Origin: Verrucomicrobiaceae bacterium
Lineage (GTDB): Bacteria > Verrucomicrobiota > Verrucomicrobiia > Verrucomicrobiales > Akkermansiaceae
DNA length: 64,000 bases
NCBI GenBank assembly: GCA_051252135.1
Contig: JBPOGH010000007.1
Location: 160,001 to 224,000, forward strand
Reading direction: 5' to 3'
The notes under the pieces are model-generated. The model was not told the DNA's origin. It ran no database searches and saw only the letters and a program-made list of their open reading frames with translations. The translations under genes were made by a program, and so were the position numbers. This document shows, piece by piece, positions 9,618-19,759 of the stretch; the stretch's first letter is position 1, and the number at the start of each line of letters is the position of its first letter.

Positions 9618-10530
9618 GGACGCTGGCGAGGCCGGCTCTCATCACTTGCACCGGAGCGTCTTGCCCGGTCCAATATTCGAGAGAGAGGGCCCCCTGATGG
9701 AGGAGGAGGGAAAGTCCGTTGGCGGTTCTGGCTCCCTGGGCTTCCGCAGCTCTGAGGAGGCGTGTTTTAGCCGGGTTGTAGATGGTGTCGTAGACCAAGT
9801 GGTGGGGTTCGATCCAGCCGGTTGGGATGGGGGCGGGATCGGTTTGCTTCAGACCGACCGAGGTGGTGTTGATAATGAGCTCGGCGTTGGCAATGGCTTC
9901 TTCCAGGGCGGGGTCGGTGAGGGTGAAGATTTGAATTCGATCTCCGGGGCCTTCGAGGCGGTCATCGTGGACGAGGGGGAAGAGATCGGCTTTGATTTTC
10001 TCAACTTTTTGGATGGTGCGGTTGGCGAGGGTCAATTGGGGGCACTCTTCCAAACAGCATTGGGTGGCGATGGCGCGACCAGCTCCGCCTCCGGCTCCCA
10101 GAATGACCACGCGGAGATCGCTGAGGTCGACGCCGAAGTCCTCCCGAACGGCCCGAACGAATCCGGGACCGTCGGTGTTGAAGCCGATCCGTTGGTCCTG
10201 GTCTCCAAAGACGATGGTGTTCACAGCACCCATTAATCGGGCTCCGGAATTGACCTCATCACAGGCTTCGAGGGCCTCGAGCTTGTGGGGCACGGTGACG
10301 TTGATTCCGTTGATTCCGGCTTTGCGTAGCTTGGTGAAGGCTTCGGCAACGCGGCCTTCGGGCACTTCGACCCGAACATATCGGGCATTCAGTTCCAGGG
10401 CGTCGAGGGCAGGTTGATGGAGCTGGGGAGAAAGGGAGTGGGCGACCGGATTACCGATGACGGCAAAGCGGGCGGGCTTGGATTCGCCATCGTTCAGGGA
10501 TGCCAATTCGTCGAGATGGTAGACCTTCAT
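9607..10530 (-). CDS. aroE: Shikimate dehydrogenase
   Basis: GNPVAHSLSP, NVTVPHK, GAVNT, NTDG, GAGGGAGRA, NRT, INTTSVG, YDTIY, GLSLLLHQG. Confidence 0.95.
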   Translation of the reverse strand: MKVYHLDELASLNDGESKPARFAVIGNPVAHSLSPQLHQPALDALELNARYVRVEVPEGRVAEAFTKLRKAGINGINVTVPHKLEALEACDEVNSGARLMGAVNTIVFGDQDQRIGFNTDGPGFVRAVREDFGVDLSDLRVVILGAGGGAGRAIATQCCLEECPQLTLANRTIQKVEKIKADLFPLVHDDRLEGPGDRIQIFTLTDPALEEAIANAELIINTTSVGLKQTDPAPIPTGWIEPHHLVYDTIYNPAKTRLLRAAEAQGARTANGLSLLLHQGALSLEYWTGQDAPVQVMRAGLASVLKA

Positions 10531-11819
10531 GAGAGGAGGGAGGTGAAACGGTTGATGCGGCGAACGACTTCGTCTTTTCCGAGGATTTCGAGGATGGCGC
10601 CCAGGTCCGGGCCACCGGTTTTTCCGGAAAGGGCGACGCGGAGGGGGAACATGAGTTGGCCCGGCTTGGCGTTGTTTGCCTTGGCGGTGGTTCCGATTTG
10701 AGCTTTAGGATCGGACCAATCGGGGAGGTTCGCGAAGTCGCCCGCCAGTGTCTGAAGGAGGGGCGCGGCGGTGTCGTTCCCTTTGACCTTGGCCAAGGCG
10801 TCGTCTTCGATCGGGTAGTCCGGATCGAGGAAAAATTGAATGGCATCGGGGACTTCGGTGAGGAGGGTAACCTTTTCCTGAATGGAGAGGAGGATGTCAC
10901 GGGAGGGCTCGCCTTCACAGAAGGGGCGGGCGGCGTCGACAAATTGATCCGGAGTGAGTTCGAGCAGGTGTTGCTGGTTGACCCATTTGCATTTGGTGGG
11001 ATCGAATCGGGCTGGGGAGCGATTAATTCCGTCGAGGGAGAATTTTTCGATGAGTTGCGATGCGCTGAAAATCTCCGAGTCATCTTTGGGCGACCATCCC
11101 AAGAGGGCGAGGAAGTTGACGACGGCGGAAGGGAGGAAGCCCTGGACGGCGTAGTCGCCAAGGGCGGCGCCTTCATCACGTTTGGACATTTTGGAGCCAT
11201 CTCCGTTGAGGATGAGGGGGATGTGGGCGTACTGAGGAGCCGGTGCGCCGAAGGCTTCGATGAGTTGAAGGTGCTTCGGGGTATTCATGAGGTGGTCCTC
11301 GCCACGAATCACGTGGGTGATTCCCATGGTGAGGTCATCAACGACATTGACGAAGTGGAATACGAAGCTGCCATCGGAGCGACGGATGACCATGTCCGGG
11401 GTGTTTGATTCATCGGTGTAGTCGATGGTGACTTCTCCGCAAACCATGTCGGTCATGGTGATTTTTTTGCGCTCGAAGCGGAAGCGCCATGCTCCGTCGT
11501 CCTCGTAGACGCGATCGGCTTTTACCAATTTTTCGAACCACTCGAGGTAGATGGCATTGCGCTCGCTTTGGAAGTAGGGGCCCACGGCACCTTCGTTACC
11601 GGGGCCTTCCCAGTCGAGGTTGAGCCATTTGAGTCCTTCGAAGATTGCGGCGCGGGCTTCCTCGGTGTTCCGGGCGGCATCGGTATCTTCGACACGGAGG
11701 ACAAAGGTGCCGCCGAGGTTTTTGGCGAAGAGCCAGTTGAAGAGGGCGGTGCGGGCTCCGCCGACATGTAAGTAGCCGGTGGGCGAGGGAGCAAATCGGG
11801 TGCGGACGGGTGCGGACAT
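10527..11819 (-). CDS. gltX: Glutamate--tRNA ligase
   Basis: RFAPSPTGYLHVGG (HIGH), RVEDTD, THVIRGEDH, KMSKR; C-terminal anticodon-binding domain (PLRVALSG..GGPDL). Confidence 0.95.
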   Translation of the reverse strand: MSAPVRTRFAPSPTGYLHVGGARTALFNWLFAKNLGGTFVLRVEDTDAARNTEEARAAIFEGLKWLNLDWEGPGNEGAVGPYFQSERNAIYLEWFEKLVKADRVYEDDGAWRFRFERKKITMTDMVCGEVTIDYTDESNTPDMVIRRSDGSFVFHFVNVVDDLTMGITHVIRGEDHLMNTPKHLQLIEAFGAPAPQYAHIPLILNGDGSKMSKRDEGAALGDYAVQGFLPSAVVNFLALLGWSPKDDSEIFSASQLIEKFSLDGINRSPARFDPTKCKWVNQQHLLELTPDQFVDAARPFCEGEPSRDILLSIQEKVTLLTEVPDAIQFFLDPDYPIEDDALAKVKGNDTAAPLLQTLAGDFANLPDWSDPKAQIGTTAKANNAKPGQLMFPLRVALSGKTGGPDLGAILEILGKDEVVRRINRFTSLLS

Positions 11820-11867
11820 CGCGGAGAGCTATAGCGTGCTCTTCACGGAGGAGCAACGGGAATGCCG

Positions 11868-12356
11868 CTAGTAGAGCGTCTTTCGCGGCTGTTTGTCGGG
11901 TTCGGCCATTTTTTCGAAATCACCTTCTTCACAGCATCGGACGAAGCCTTCGCCATAGCATTTGAGTTTATCCCATTGGGTGCGGATTTCTTCGGCTTCA
12001 TCCCCGGTGATGGAGCTATCTGCCGCTGCTTGGGAAATGCGGGTGAGGAGGCTGCCGAATTGGGAGACGATTTCGTTGGTGGCCGGGAGGACCTGGAATC
12101 CTTGCTGGCAGCTGCTTTCGGGGTTGCGAACGAAGTAGCCGTCATTTTTTTCGCAAAGCCACTCAATGATTTTTGGTTCTTTGGTGAGGCGGATGACCTC
12201 AAGGAGGCGGTCGAGGGGGTTCCGGGATCCGCTTCCGCTAGCAGATTGTTCCTGGGCCCATTTATAAACAAGCGACAGGGAAACGCCGAGTTCGGCGGCG
12301 ACTTCCTTAGGGCTGCAGTTTTTGAACGCTACTTTAAAGACCTCGTGAGATTCCAT
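11868..12356 (-). CDS. Helix-turn-helix protein, phage regulatory CII-like
   Basis: N-terminal HTH (PKEVAAELGVSLSLVYKWAQ), RNPLDR, C-terminal 'AAADSSITGDEAEEIR' helix pair resembling P2/186-type CII proteins. Confidence 0.6.
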   Translation of the reverse strand: MESHEVFKVAFKNCSPKEVAAELGVSLSLVYKWAQEQSASGSGSRNPLDRLLEVIRLTKEPKIIEWLCEKNDGYFVRNPESSCQQGFQVLPATNEIVSQFGSLLTRISQAAADSSITGDEAEEIRTQWDKLKCYGEGFVRCCEEGDFEKMAEPDKQPRKTLY

Positions 12357-12395
12357 CTAATGGGGAACCTAGAGAAATATTGCGCGGACGGCAAG

Positions 12396-13226
12396 CTACT
12401 GCTTCGGGACGTAGATTTGGGAGCCGGTTTTGATGATTTGGGCGGCGCTGAGTGAAACTTCGTTGAGCCGGTTGATGGTGCTGACATCCGTGCCGTAGAA
12501 TCTGGCGATGTCATCGAGTCTCCGGTTTTCGCTGACGGTGATGAGTTGTGGCGTGTTGGCCTTGGGAGCGGTGATTGGGGGGGTGGCGGGCGTTGGCCGA
12601 GGAGGGGTGGCGGAGGGCTTGGGTGTGGGCTTGCCGGAGGCAACGGGCCTGGAAACGGGAGGAGGGGACTGGGTGCTGGAGTTCCGGGGGAGGTTGAGTT
12701 TTTGACCAATCTGAATGATTTGGGGGTTCACTCCGGGGTTTACAGCGAGGAGATCCTTGAGGTTTACCTTATGCCGTCCTGCAATGGCCCCAAGGGTGTC
12801 TCCGGATTTGACGCGGTAGGAGGAAGAGGAGATGGCCGGTGTTGGCGAAGTGGTCTTTGCCGGGACCGGGGAGGAAGATGAACCGGGAAGTTGAATGGTG
12901 GTGCCGATAAGGAGGCGGCTGGGGTTTACGCGGGGATTGAGTGACTGAAGCCGGGAGATGGTGGTGCGATGGGATTTCGCGATTCCCCAGAAAGTGTCTC
13001 CTTTTTTTACACGATAGTTTCCGGATGAATGGGGAGAAGTGGAGGAAGTGGCTCGGGATGGTGTTCTCCCCGAGAGTCGCTGGACTTCAAGTTTCAGTTC
13101 CTGAACTTTGGAGCGGAGCTGGGAGACTTCCCGCTCAAGGTTTGAAATGCGGGCGCTCTGGTCGGCAGCACTGAGAGGTGCTGAAAGACAGAGAATCAGA
13201 GAAAGGTAAGCAGAGGCCGTCTTCAT
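12396..13226 (-). CDS. Secreted LysM peptidoglycan-binding protein
   Basis: Signal peptide, coiled coil, two canonical LysM domains (YRVKKGDTFWGIA, YRVKSGDTLGAIA) and a third divergent one; Pro/Ser linkers. Confidence 0.9.
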   Translation of the reverse strand: MKTASAYLSLILCLSAPLSAADQSARISNLEREVSQLRSKVQELKLEVQRLSGRTPSRATSSTSPHSSGNYRVKKGDTFWGIAKSHRTTISRLQSLNPRVNPSRLLIGTTIQLPGSSSSPVPAKTTSPTPAISSSSYRVKSGDTLGAIAGRHKVNLKDLLAVNPGVNPQIIQIGQKLNLPRNSSTQSPPPVSRPVASGKPTPKPSATPPRPTPATPPITAPKANTPQLITVSENRRLDDIARFYGTDVSTINRLNEVSLSAAQIIKTGSQIYVPKQ

Positions 13227-13271
13227 AGGAACGAGAAGAGGTTACCCTTTTTTGAGAAATATTCAAAGATA

Positions 13272-14264
13272 TTAACTATCAAGCTCTTGGTGCTTCTCCA
13301 GGGAGGCAGCAGAGATTTCACGAACCTGTTCGACAGAGGTGACCTGAGCCAGTTGTTGTCTGAGTGGTTTGGCACCGGGAAAGCCCTTGCAGTAGGTCAT
13401 GAGTCGGGATCTCATGGCCATAAGGGTGTGGCGTTCGTCGCCGTAGCGGTCTGAGTTAACAGCGAGCTCGCAATGTCTGATGACGAAGTGCCAGCGTTCT
13501 TCGACGGAGGGAGGGGGAAGTATTTCTCCGGATTGGAGGTAGTGCTTGGTTTCCTTGAAAATCCACGGGTTTTGCATGGCAGAGCGACCAATCATGATTC
13601 CGGAAACTGCGGTGGATTCTTTTCGATGTTTGAGGACCTCGGCGGAGTTGATATCGCCATTTCCAATGACGGGAATGGAAACGGCTCGGGCGCACTGGTC
13701 GATGAGGTCCCAATTGGCTTCACCGCGGTAGGATTGTGCTCTGGTGCGTCCGTGGACTGCGACGGCCTGGATGCCGGTTTCCTGGAGAATATGGCAGACT
13801 TCGGGGCCATTGATGGAGTCCTGGTCCCATCCGACGCGGATCTTACCGGTTACGGGGACCTGGTCTCCGACGGCTGCGACGATTTTTTGTGCGGTATCGG
13901 CAAGGAGGGGGCAGTCCCGAAGGAGGGAGGAACCTCCGTTCTTGGACACGACTTTATTGACGGGGCACCCGAAGTTAAGGTCGATGAAATCGGGGCGTTT
14001 CCAATCGATGATTTTTTTGGCGGCTTCACCCATGCGGGTGCCATCGGCTCCAAAGAGTTGGATGCCAACGGGGCGTTGTTCGTCGGTGAAGGTGGTGTAT
14101 CGACGGGTGCGATGGTCGGCCTGGAGGATGCCTTCGGCCGAGACGAACTCGGTCACCATGACATCGGCCCCAAGCTCTTTGCAAAGGGTTCGGAAAGTGA
14201 CGTCTGTTACGCCCGCCATGGGCGCAAGATAGAGAGGGAATTGATCCTGGAACCACGGGAGCAT
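13272..14264 (-). CDS. dusB: tRNA dihydrouridine synthase
   Basis: LAPMAGVTD, TEFVS, QLFG, DLNFGCP, KIRVGWD, VHGRTR, GNGDI, MIGR. Confidence 0.9.
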   Translation of the reverse strand: MLPWFQDQFPLYLAPMAGVTDVTFRTLCKELGADVMVTEFVSAEGILQADHRTRRYTTFTDEQRPVGIQLFGADGTRMGEAAKKIIDWKRPDFIDLNFGCPVNKVVSKNGGSSLLRDCPLLADTAQKIVAAVGDQVPVTGKIRVGWDQDSINGPEVCHILQETGIQAVAVHGRTRAQSYRGEANWDLIDQCARAVSIPVIGNGDINSAEVLKHRKESTAVSGIMIGRSAMQNPWIFKETKHYLQSGEILPPPSVEERWHFVIRHCELAVNSDRYGDERHTLMAMRSRLMTYCKGFPGAKPLRQQLAQVTSVEQVREISAASLEKHQELDS

Positions 14265-14266
14265 GA

Positions 14267-14965
14267 TTATTCTTCCTCTTCGCTGGTGTCGTTTTTGGCA
14301 GGCTCCTCTGCTTCAGAGCTTTCTGATGCAGGGCTTTGGGCGCCATCAGGATCAATCCCGGGTTGGGGAGATTCCGCGGAATCAACCGGAGCGTCCGTGG
14401 ATTCGGGCTCTGGAGCGGGTTCTTGGTTGTCAGCGGAGACTTCTTGTTCCGGTTCCGGGGCGGGATCGAGGAGTTGGCGGACTTCGTTTTGAACTTTGTC
14501 GACATCCGAAAGCGGGATTTGCGGGTCTTTGATGATAAAGACATCGCCGGTCTTGCGGTGTTCGTAGACACGTAGAACTCCACTGGGGAGTTTTTGGGTG
14601 TCTGTTTCACGGAGAAGCTTTTGCCTTTCGAGCATTACGGCGAGAATATAGCGGACATTTTCAGTGTGTTCCTCGTCTTCTTCGACGAGGCGGCGAAGGA
14701 GGGTTTCGGGGTCGTCCTTGACGACGTCCTCGGTTTTCTCCTCCGCGACGGGAGCGTGGAAAACGGTTTTCCAATGGGAAAAGGGTTCGTCACCGTTTGA
14801 TTCGGTCAATTCTTTCCAAGCCTCGATGGTGAAATCCTTGCGGAGGTAACCGGATGAATTGGGATCCGGAAAAAGGGCCGCGTGAATGGTTTCCTCGTCC
14901 TCAAAAGGTCGTCCGGATCCGGCGCATTCGCGGGCTCGTGATTTGATGCTCCAAGGCTCTTTCAT
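14267..14965 (-). CDS. Hypothetical protein with acidic C-terminal tail
   Basis: 232-aa ORF ending 2 bp before the dusB start; globular N-terminal ~165 aa followed by an E/P/S-rich tail. Confidence 0.75.
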   Translation of the reverse strand: MKEPWSIKSRARECAGSGRPFEDEETIHAALFPDPNSSGYLRKDFTIEAWKELTESNGDEPFSHWKTVFHAPVAEEKTEDVVKDDPETLLRRLVEEDEEHTENVRYILAVMLERQKLLRETDTQKLPSGVLRVYEHRKTGDVFIIKDPQIPLSDVDKVQNEVRQLLDPAPEPEQEVSADNQEPAPEPESTDAPVDSAESPQPGIDPDGAQSPASESSEAEEPAKNDTSEEEE

Positions 14966-15004
14966 TCTTAGTGGTTGGCTGGTGATTCCTTCGATGAAGC
15001 TGGT

Positions 15005-16414
15005 TTAGAATGGAAGGAGTTTTTTCAGCGTTTGATAGATGGGTCTGCCGACGAGACGTCGCTGAATGAGAATCAAGGCGAGGACGGTGGCGGCGATGTT
15101 TGTTCCCCAGGCTGCCCAAAACGGGGGCAGGTATCCGGATTCTCCGAGGGCGAGGAAGACGGTGGTGGTGAACATCATTCCGGCACAGAGAAAGATGGCG
15201 AGTGCGATTCCTCCGGCAGCGCCACGACGGGTAAAGACGATCCCCAGAGGCGCGGCGAGCAGGACAAGGGCGAGGCAGATGCCGGGTTGGGCCCAGCGAT
15301 AATGCCATTGGGTGAGGAAGCGCCGTTTGTTGGCCCAGGCTTCATTCTTATTTACTCTGAGCCATGAGTAGAGCTCGGGGACACCCAGGTTCTCGGCGGC
15401 GAGGCCCGGTTTGATGATTCGCCAGGGAGGCTCGGTCCATTTGATGCGCCGGTATTCTCCCTTGGGGATTTCGTATTCCGGCATCAGGGGACCTCCTTCA
15501 AAGAGATGGCGGTTGAGATGTTGGATCTCGACCTTGTCGAATACCCAGTTGGTTCGCTCGGAGTCCCAAGTGGCGGTTTCGGCCTGTAAGCGCATAACGG
15601 GTTCACCATCTGTATCAAATGTGCGGACGACGACGTTGCGCAGTGGTTCTCCTTGAGTGTGGTTGTAGGGAAAGCTACCGATGAACCAGAGGCGGCGATG
15701 TTTTTTGTTAAAGTAGACGACATTGCGTGCCTGACTGGTTGACCCCTCGCGCGCCTGTTCGATGAGGGCCTCCTTGTATCCGTCCGCCCAGGGGGCCCAT
15801 TGATAATTGAAGCCGAGGCAGAGGAGGCTTGCGAGGGAGCCCACGACGGCAAGTGGAAGAATCAGTCTGACGACGCCGCGGCCCGTCTGAATCATGGAGA
15901 CGATTTCCTGGCTTCGTGACATTTTGCCCAAACAGAAAAGTAGGGCGAGGAGGAGGGCGAAGGGAGCCAGCTCCACAAACACCAGAGGGAAGAGCATCCC
16001 ATAGTATCGGGCCATGAGCGCGCCGCCTCCTTCGGCATTCTTGAAATCCCCCATATTGTCGGTAAGGTCGAGGAGGGTCCAAATGGCGTATAGGGTTGAA
16101 AATGTGAGGATGAACGCCCCGAAGAATTGACGGATGAGGTAGCGATCCAGTGAGCGGACGAGGGCGTAGTAAAGTCCTCCCAGCGCAGGAATGAAGCAGA
16201 CCGCAGTCAGGACAGCGGGGCGCAAGAGGTGGGCAAAGGCGTAAGAATCGGGAAAGCCAATCAGGTGGAGATCCACGGCGTTTTGCTCCAAGGGTGCCAA
16301 GGTGGATGCCAGACCGGCTCCAAGGATCGCGAAGACGATGGCAGGGAGGAAGCGGTGAAACAGGTCGCGGGTGTCCAAGGCGGGAAAGCTAAACTGAAAG
16401 ATGGGTAAAGCCAA
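15005..16414 (-). CDS. LptF/LptG family LPS export permease
   Basis: LDRYL motif, multiple TM helices, SRSQEIVSM..TG, periplasmic beta region, LAAPLG..RRG and YLPPFWAAW near the C-terminus. Start uncertain. Confidence 0.85.
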   Translation of the reverse strand: MALPIFQFSFPALDTRDLFHRFLPAIVFAILGAGLASTLAPLEQNAVDLHLIGFPDSYAFAHLLRPAVLTAVCFIPALGGLYYALVRSLDRYLIRQFFGAFILTFSTLYAIWTLLDLTDNMGDFKNAEGGGALMARYYGMLFPLVFVELAPFALLLALLFCLGKMSRSQEIVSMIQTGRGVVRLILPLAVVGSLASLLCLGFNYQWAPWADGYKEALIEQAREGSTSQARNVVYFNKKHRRLWFIGSFPYNHTQGEPLRNVVVRTFDTDGEPVMRLQAETATWDSERTNWVFDKVEIQHLNRHLFEGGPLMPEYEIPKGEYRRIKWTEPPWRIIKPGLAAENLGVPELYSWLRVNKNEAWANKRRFLTQWHYRWAQPGICLALVLLAAPLGIVFTRRGAAGGIALAIFLCAGMMFTTTVFLALGESGYLPPFWAAWGTNIAATVLALILIQRRLVGRPIYQTLKKLLPF

Positions 16415-16470
16415 CCGCTAAGCCTAACGGGTGAAAGGGTTTTCTTAAGTTACCCGTAGTAAGCGAAGTC

Positions 16471-18342
16471 ATGTTCACCCCACGACGCGAAGATCTTAAA
16501 CTTGCAGCTGCTTGCGGCCTCTTATTGATAGGAGGAATTGCCTTGTGGCCGCTGATTCCCGAACAAGGGATTGAATCAGCGGAAGGAGAGGTTCGACCAA
16601 GACGGGTCGAGAACCGGATTTCGATTCTTGAGAATTCGGTGGAGGAAGAGAACGGCGGGCCGCTGATCGATGGTGGAGATGGTTCTGCAACGCCGCGGGT
16701 ATCAGCAGGCGATGTGGCGCCGAATCGTGTCGTAGATGTGGACGGGGACGAACTTTCCAAGGAAGAGAGAGGGGGAGGCGCAGCGCAGTGGGAGAAAGAT
16801 GAGTATACAGTGATGTCCGGTCTGAGGGCCCGCCTGTTGATGGAAGCGGTGGAGCGTGCGCTTCATTCCAAAACCCCATGGTCCGATCTCTCAGTGGTGG
16901 CGATGGCCTTTGCGAGGGCGGGGGATCAGGAGACGGCTCAATATTGGTTCGCCCGTGCCGCACGGCTTGCCCAGGATCCCGACGATGTTGGTAAAGCCTC
17001 GAAAGCGATGCGGGAAGTGGTGAAGAGTCTGGTACAGGCCAAGTATCTCAAGGAGGCGTCTGAATTGATTAATAGAATTCCCGATCAAGGAGAGAAGGCA
17101 CGTGCCCAATCCGAGATGGTCCGTGCATTTGCCGGGAAGGGTGATTTTGAAGAAGCGAGAGAGATCGTATCGACCTTGGCAGACGACGCGGCAAAGGGGG
17201 TGGCGCTACGGTATATTGCCGAGTATGAAGCCAAACGTTTGGGGTTTGAGGAAGCAAGGCGGACGATTCAATCAATTTTGAAAGGCGATCTTCGTGATGA
17301 TGCTTCTTCACGAGTCGCTTTGATTCTTGCGGGAAAGGGAGAGGGGGAGTCGGCGATGGTTTTGGTAAACCAGATCGGAGATGAGCGGATTAGGGACCTG
17401 GCGCTGACGCGGATTGCCTCTCTCCAGTCGGCTGGAAGCGGCTTTTCGGCGGAATCTCTGATGACATTGATTAGCGATCCGTTTTTCCGTGACAGCGCGT
17501 TGCGTAACCTGGTTTCGAACGAACTGGATCGGCGTAATCTGGGGTCGGCGGAGACGGTGGCCAATCGAATTAAGAACGCCAACCAGCGAGCCAAGGCCTA
17601 CGAGTCATTGGTGATGTTGCAGATTCGCTATGGCGATGTGCGCGGAGCGTTTGAGAGGGCTCAGCGGATTCGACTGGAGGAGCCTCGATTTAGAGCCCTT
17701 CAGGCGGTGGCTATTTCCTATATCAAGGAGGCGGGAGTAGCCGCGGCGCGCAACATCGCCAATCTGATTGGCGACCCGGAGATGAGAGATAAGACCTACG
17801 GGAAGATTGCCTTTAGGGCTTCGCAAGTGGGTCAGAGTCGACAAGCGGAGGAAACGGCAGCCTATATCAGGGACTCGGGAGAGCGGGCAATGGTATTGGC
17901 AAATATCGCTCTGACTCAGGCAAAGTATGGAGATGATCAATTTGCCCGTCGACTGGCAGGGACTGTCAGCAAAGAAATTGAAGTGACCCAATCTGTCAGG
18001 GAATCGGAGCGGGCGACAGGTTTGCTTGCTGAAGTGCATGCGGAAACAGGAGATTCCAATGCGGCGTTCGAGGTCGCGTCTTCGATCGACAATAGCGGGG
18101 TGAGAGACATGACTTATCAGAAAATAGCGGTTCGTTTTGCGCGATCGAAAGAGCTTCATTTGGCTGAGCAGAGTGCCAACTTGATTGAACGTGACCTCAC
18201 CAGAGAGAGGGCACTCGACTCAGTAGCACAAGTTTTGGCTGGAGGGGTGTCGGCAGCCGATGCCCTCGACGTGGCCTCCCGGCTCGAGGGGCGACGTCAG
18301 CAGGTTCGATTTCTGGTGTCGGTTGCCGGACGAAAATCCTGA
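16471..18342 (+). CDS. Membrane-anchored alpha-helical (TPR-like) repeat protein
   Basis: N-terminal hydrophobic anchor; many ~36-aa repeats of the form A..IA..I.D...RD.AL..IA. Confidence 0.75.
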   Translation: MFTPRREDLKLAAACGLLLIGGIALWPLIPEQGIESAEGEVRPRRVENRISILENSVEEENGGPLIDGGDGSATPRVSAGDVAPNRVVDVDGDELSKEERGGGAAQWEKDEYTVMSGLRARLLMEAVERALHSKTPWSDLSVVAMAFARAGDQETAQYWFARAARLAQDPDDVGKASKAMREVVKSLVQAKYLKEASELINRIPDQGEKARAQSEMVRAFAGKGDFEEAREIVSTLADDAAKGVALRYIAEYEAKRLGFEEARRTIQSILKGDLRDDASSRVALILAGKGEGESAMVLVNQIGDERIRDLALTRIASLQSAGSGFSAESLMTLISDPFFRDSALRNLVSNELDRRNLGSAETVANRIKNANQRAKAYESLVMLQIRYGDVRGAFERAQRIRLEEPRFRALQAVAISYIKEAGVAAARNIANLIGDPEMRDKTYGKIAFRASQVGQSRQAEETAAYIRDSGERAMVLANIALTQAKYGDDQFARRLAGTVSKEIEVTQSVRESERATGLLAEVHAETGDSNAAFEVASSIDNSGVRDMTYQKIAVRFARSKELHLAEQSANLIERDLTRERALDSVAQVLAGGVSAADALDVASRLEGRRQQVRFLVSVAGRKS

Positions 18343-18378
18343 CTGTTCATCTGAAAAAGTCGGGATAGTTTCCGGCTA

Positions 18379-19710
18379 ATGAAACTCGCTCCGCATTGGC
18401 AGATTTTGATCTCGTTGGCCCTGGCGATTAGCCTGGGATTGTTTATCAGAGCCTTAGGTTGGACCGATACCGGGTTTGGAGCAGGAGTGGTGAGCCTATG
18501 CACCTTGCTCGGGAGTGTGTTCATGAGTCTGCTGAAGATGATCATTGTTCCTTTGGTTGTGTCGTCAGTGATTGCGGGGATTGCGAGTCTTCACGGGGTT
18601 CAAGGTTTTGGACGCCTTCTTGGAAAGACGGCGGGATTCTATGCTCTGACCAGTACGTTGGCGATTTGTCTGGGGCTTGCACTCGTGAACATTATCGAGC
18701 CGGGTCTCGTGAATGGTGAGGCTAATACGGAGATTCGGGATGCCTTCACCAGTCATGAAGCGAGCGAATCGGAACTCTCCAAAATTGATGCTGCCAAAGC
18801 GCAGAGTACCGAACAGGGAGGTTTTTTCGCCCAAATGAGCGGTTTTTTGCTTCGAATGATTCCAACCAACATTTTTGAAGCAGCTTCCAATAACGGACAA
18901 ATGTTGGGACTGATCTTCTTCAGTCTCTGTTTTGCATTGGCGCTGACCCGTTTGCCTTTGAAGAGCGTCGGGGGCCTTCGAGATGGATTTGTGGCATTCA
19001 ACGATGTGATGATCGTGATGACCAATGTGATCATGAAGTTGGCACCGATTGGGGTGTTTGGTTTGATCGTGCCCGTGGTGGTAGAGACGGGGGGCTCTTT
19101 GTTTGGAAATCTGGCGAAGTATTTTGTGACGGTTCTTTTGGCGTTAGGCATCCACATGTTCGTGATTATGCCGCTTGTCATCCGGGTTCTTGCCGGGGTG
19201 AATCCGCTCAATCATTTCAAGGCGATGCGGACGGCTTTGCTGACTGCGTTTTCGACGGCATCATCATCCGCGACACTTCCGGTAACGTTGCGTTGCATTC
19301 AAGAAAAAGCGGGCGTTTCAAAGCAGACGGCAAGTTTCACGCTGCCACTTGGAGCGACGGTGAATATGGACGGAACAGCCTTATACGAATGTGTTGCGGT
19401 GATATTTGTGGCCCAAGTGATGGGTGTGGATATGAGTATGACGGCTCAATTCATGGTGGTTGCGGCCGCGTTGCTGACCAGTATCGGGGTGGCGGGAATT
19501 CCATCGGCATCTTTGGTGGCGATCTTTATTATTCTTAAGAATTCCCACATCGACGGCGCGGAAACAGCAGTTGTTGCGCTGCTTGCGGTAGATCGCCTGC
19601 TTGATATGAGTCGCACGGCGGTGAATGTCTTTGGAGACAGTTGCGCAGCGATTGTGGTGGCCAAGAGCGAGGGTGAGGAGCTTTTCGCGGAGGGTTGGGA
19701 TAAGGAATAA
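18379..19710 (+). CDS. Dicarboxylate/amino acid:cation symporter (DAACS, GltP-like)
   Basis: LLKMIIVPLV, AFSTASSSATLP, LPLGATVNMDGTALY, AVDRLLDMSRTAVNVFGD. Confidence 0.95.
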   Translation: MKLAPHWQILISLALAISLGLFIRALGWTDTGFGAGVVSLCTLLGSVFMSLLKMIIVPLVVSSVIAGIASLHGVQGFGRLLGKTAGFYALTSTLAICLGLALVNIIEPGLVNGEANTEIRDAFTSHEASESELSKIDAAKAQSTEQGGFFAQMSGFLLRMIPTNIFEAASNNGQMLGLIFFSLCFALALTRLPLKSVGGLRDGFVAFNDVMIVMTNVIMKLAPIGVFGLIVPVVVETGGSLFGNLAKYFVTVLLALGIHMFVIMPLVIRVLAGVNPLNHFKAMRTALLTAFSTASSSATLPVTLRCIQEKAGVSKQTASFTLPLGATVNMDGTALYECVAVIFVAQVMGVDMSMTAQFMVVAAALLTSIGVAGIPSASLVAIFIILKNSHIDGAETAVVALLAVDRLLDMSRTAVNVFGDSCAAIVVAKSEGEELFAEGWDKE

Positions 19711-19712
19711 AA

Positions 19713-19742
19713 AAAGCACAGCTCCCGAAAGAGCTGTGCTTT
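19713..19742. terminator. Bidirectional intrinsic terminator
   Basis: Perfect 12-bp inverted repeat AAAGCACAGCTC-CCGAAA-GAGCTGTGCTTT between convergent stops. Confidence 0.85.
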
Positions 19743-19759
19743 GTAAGAAGGGAGAGTTG

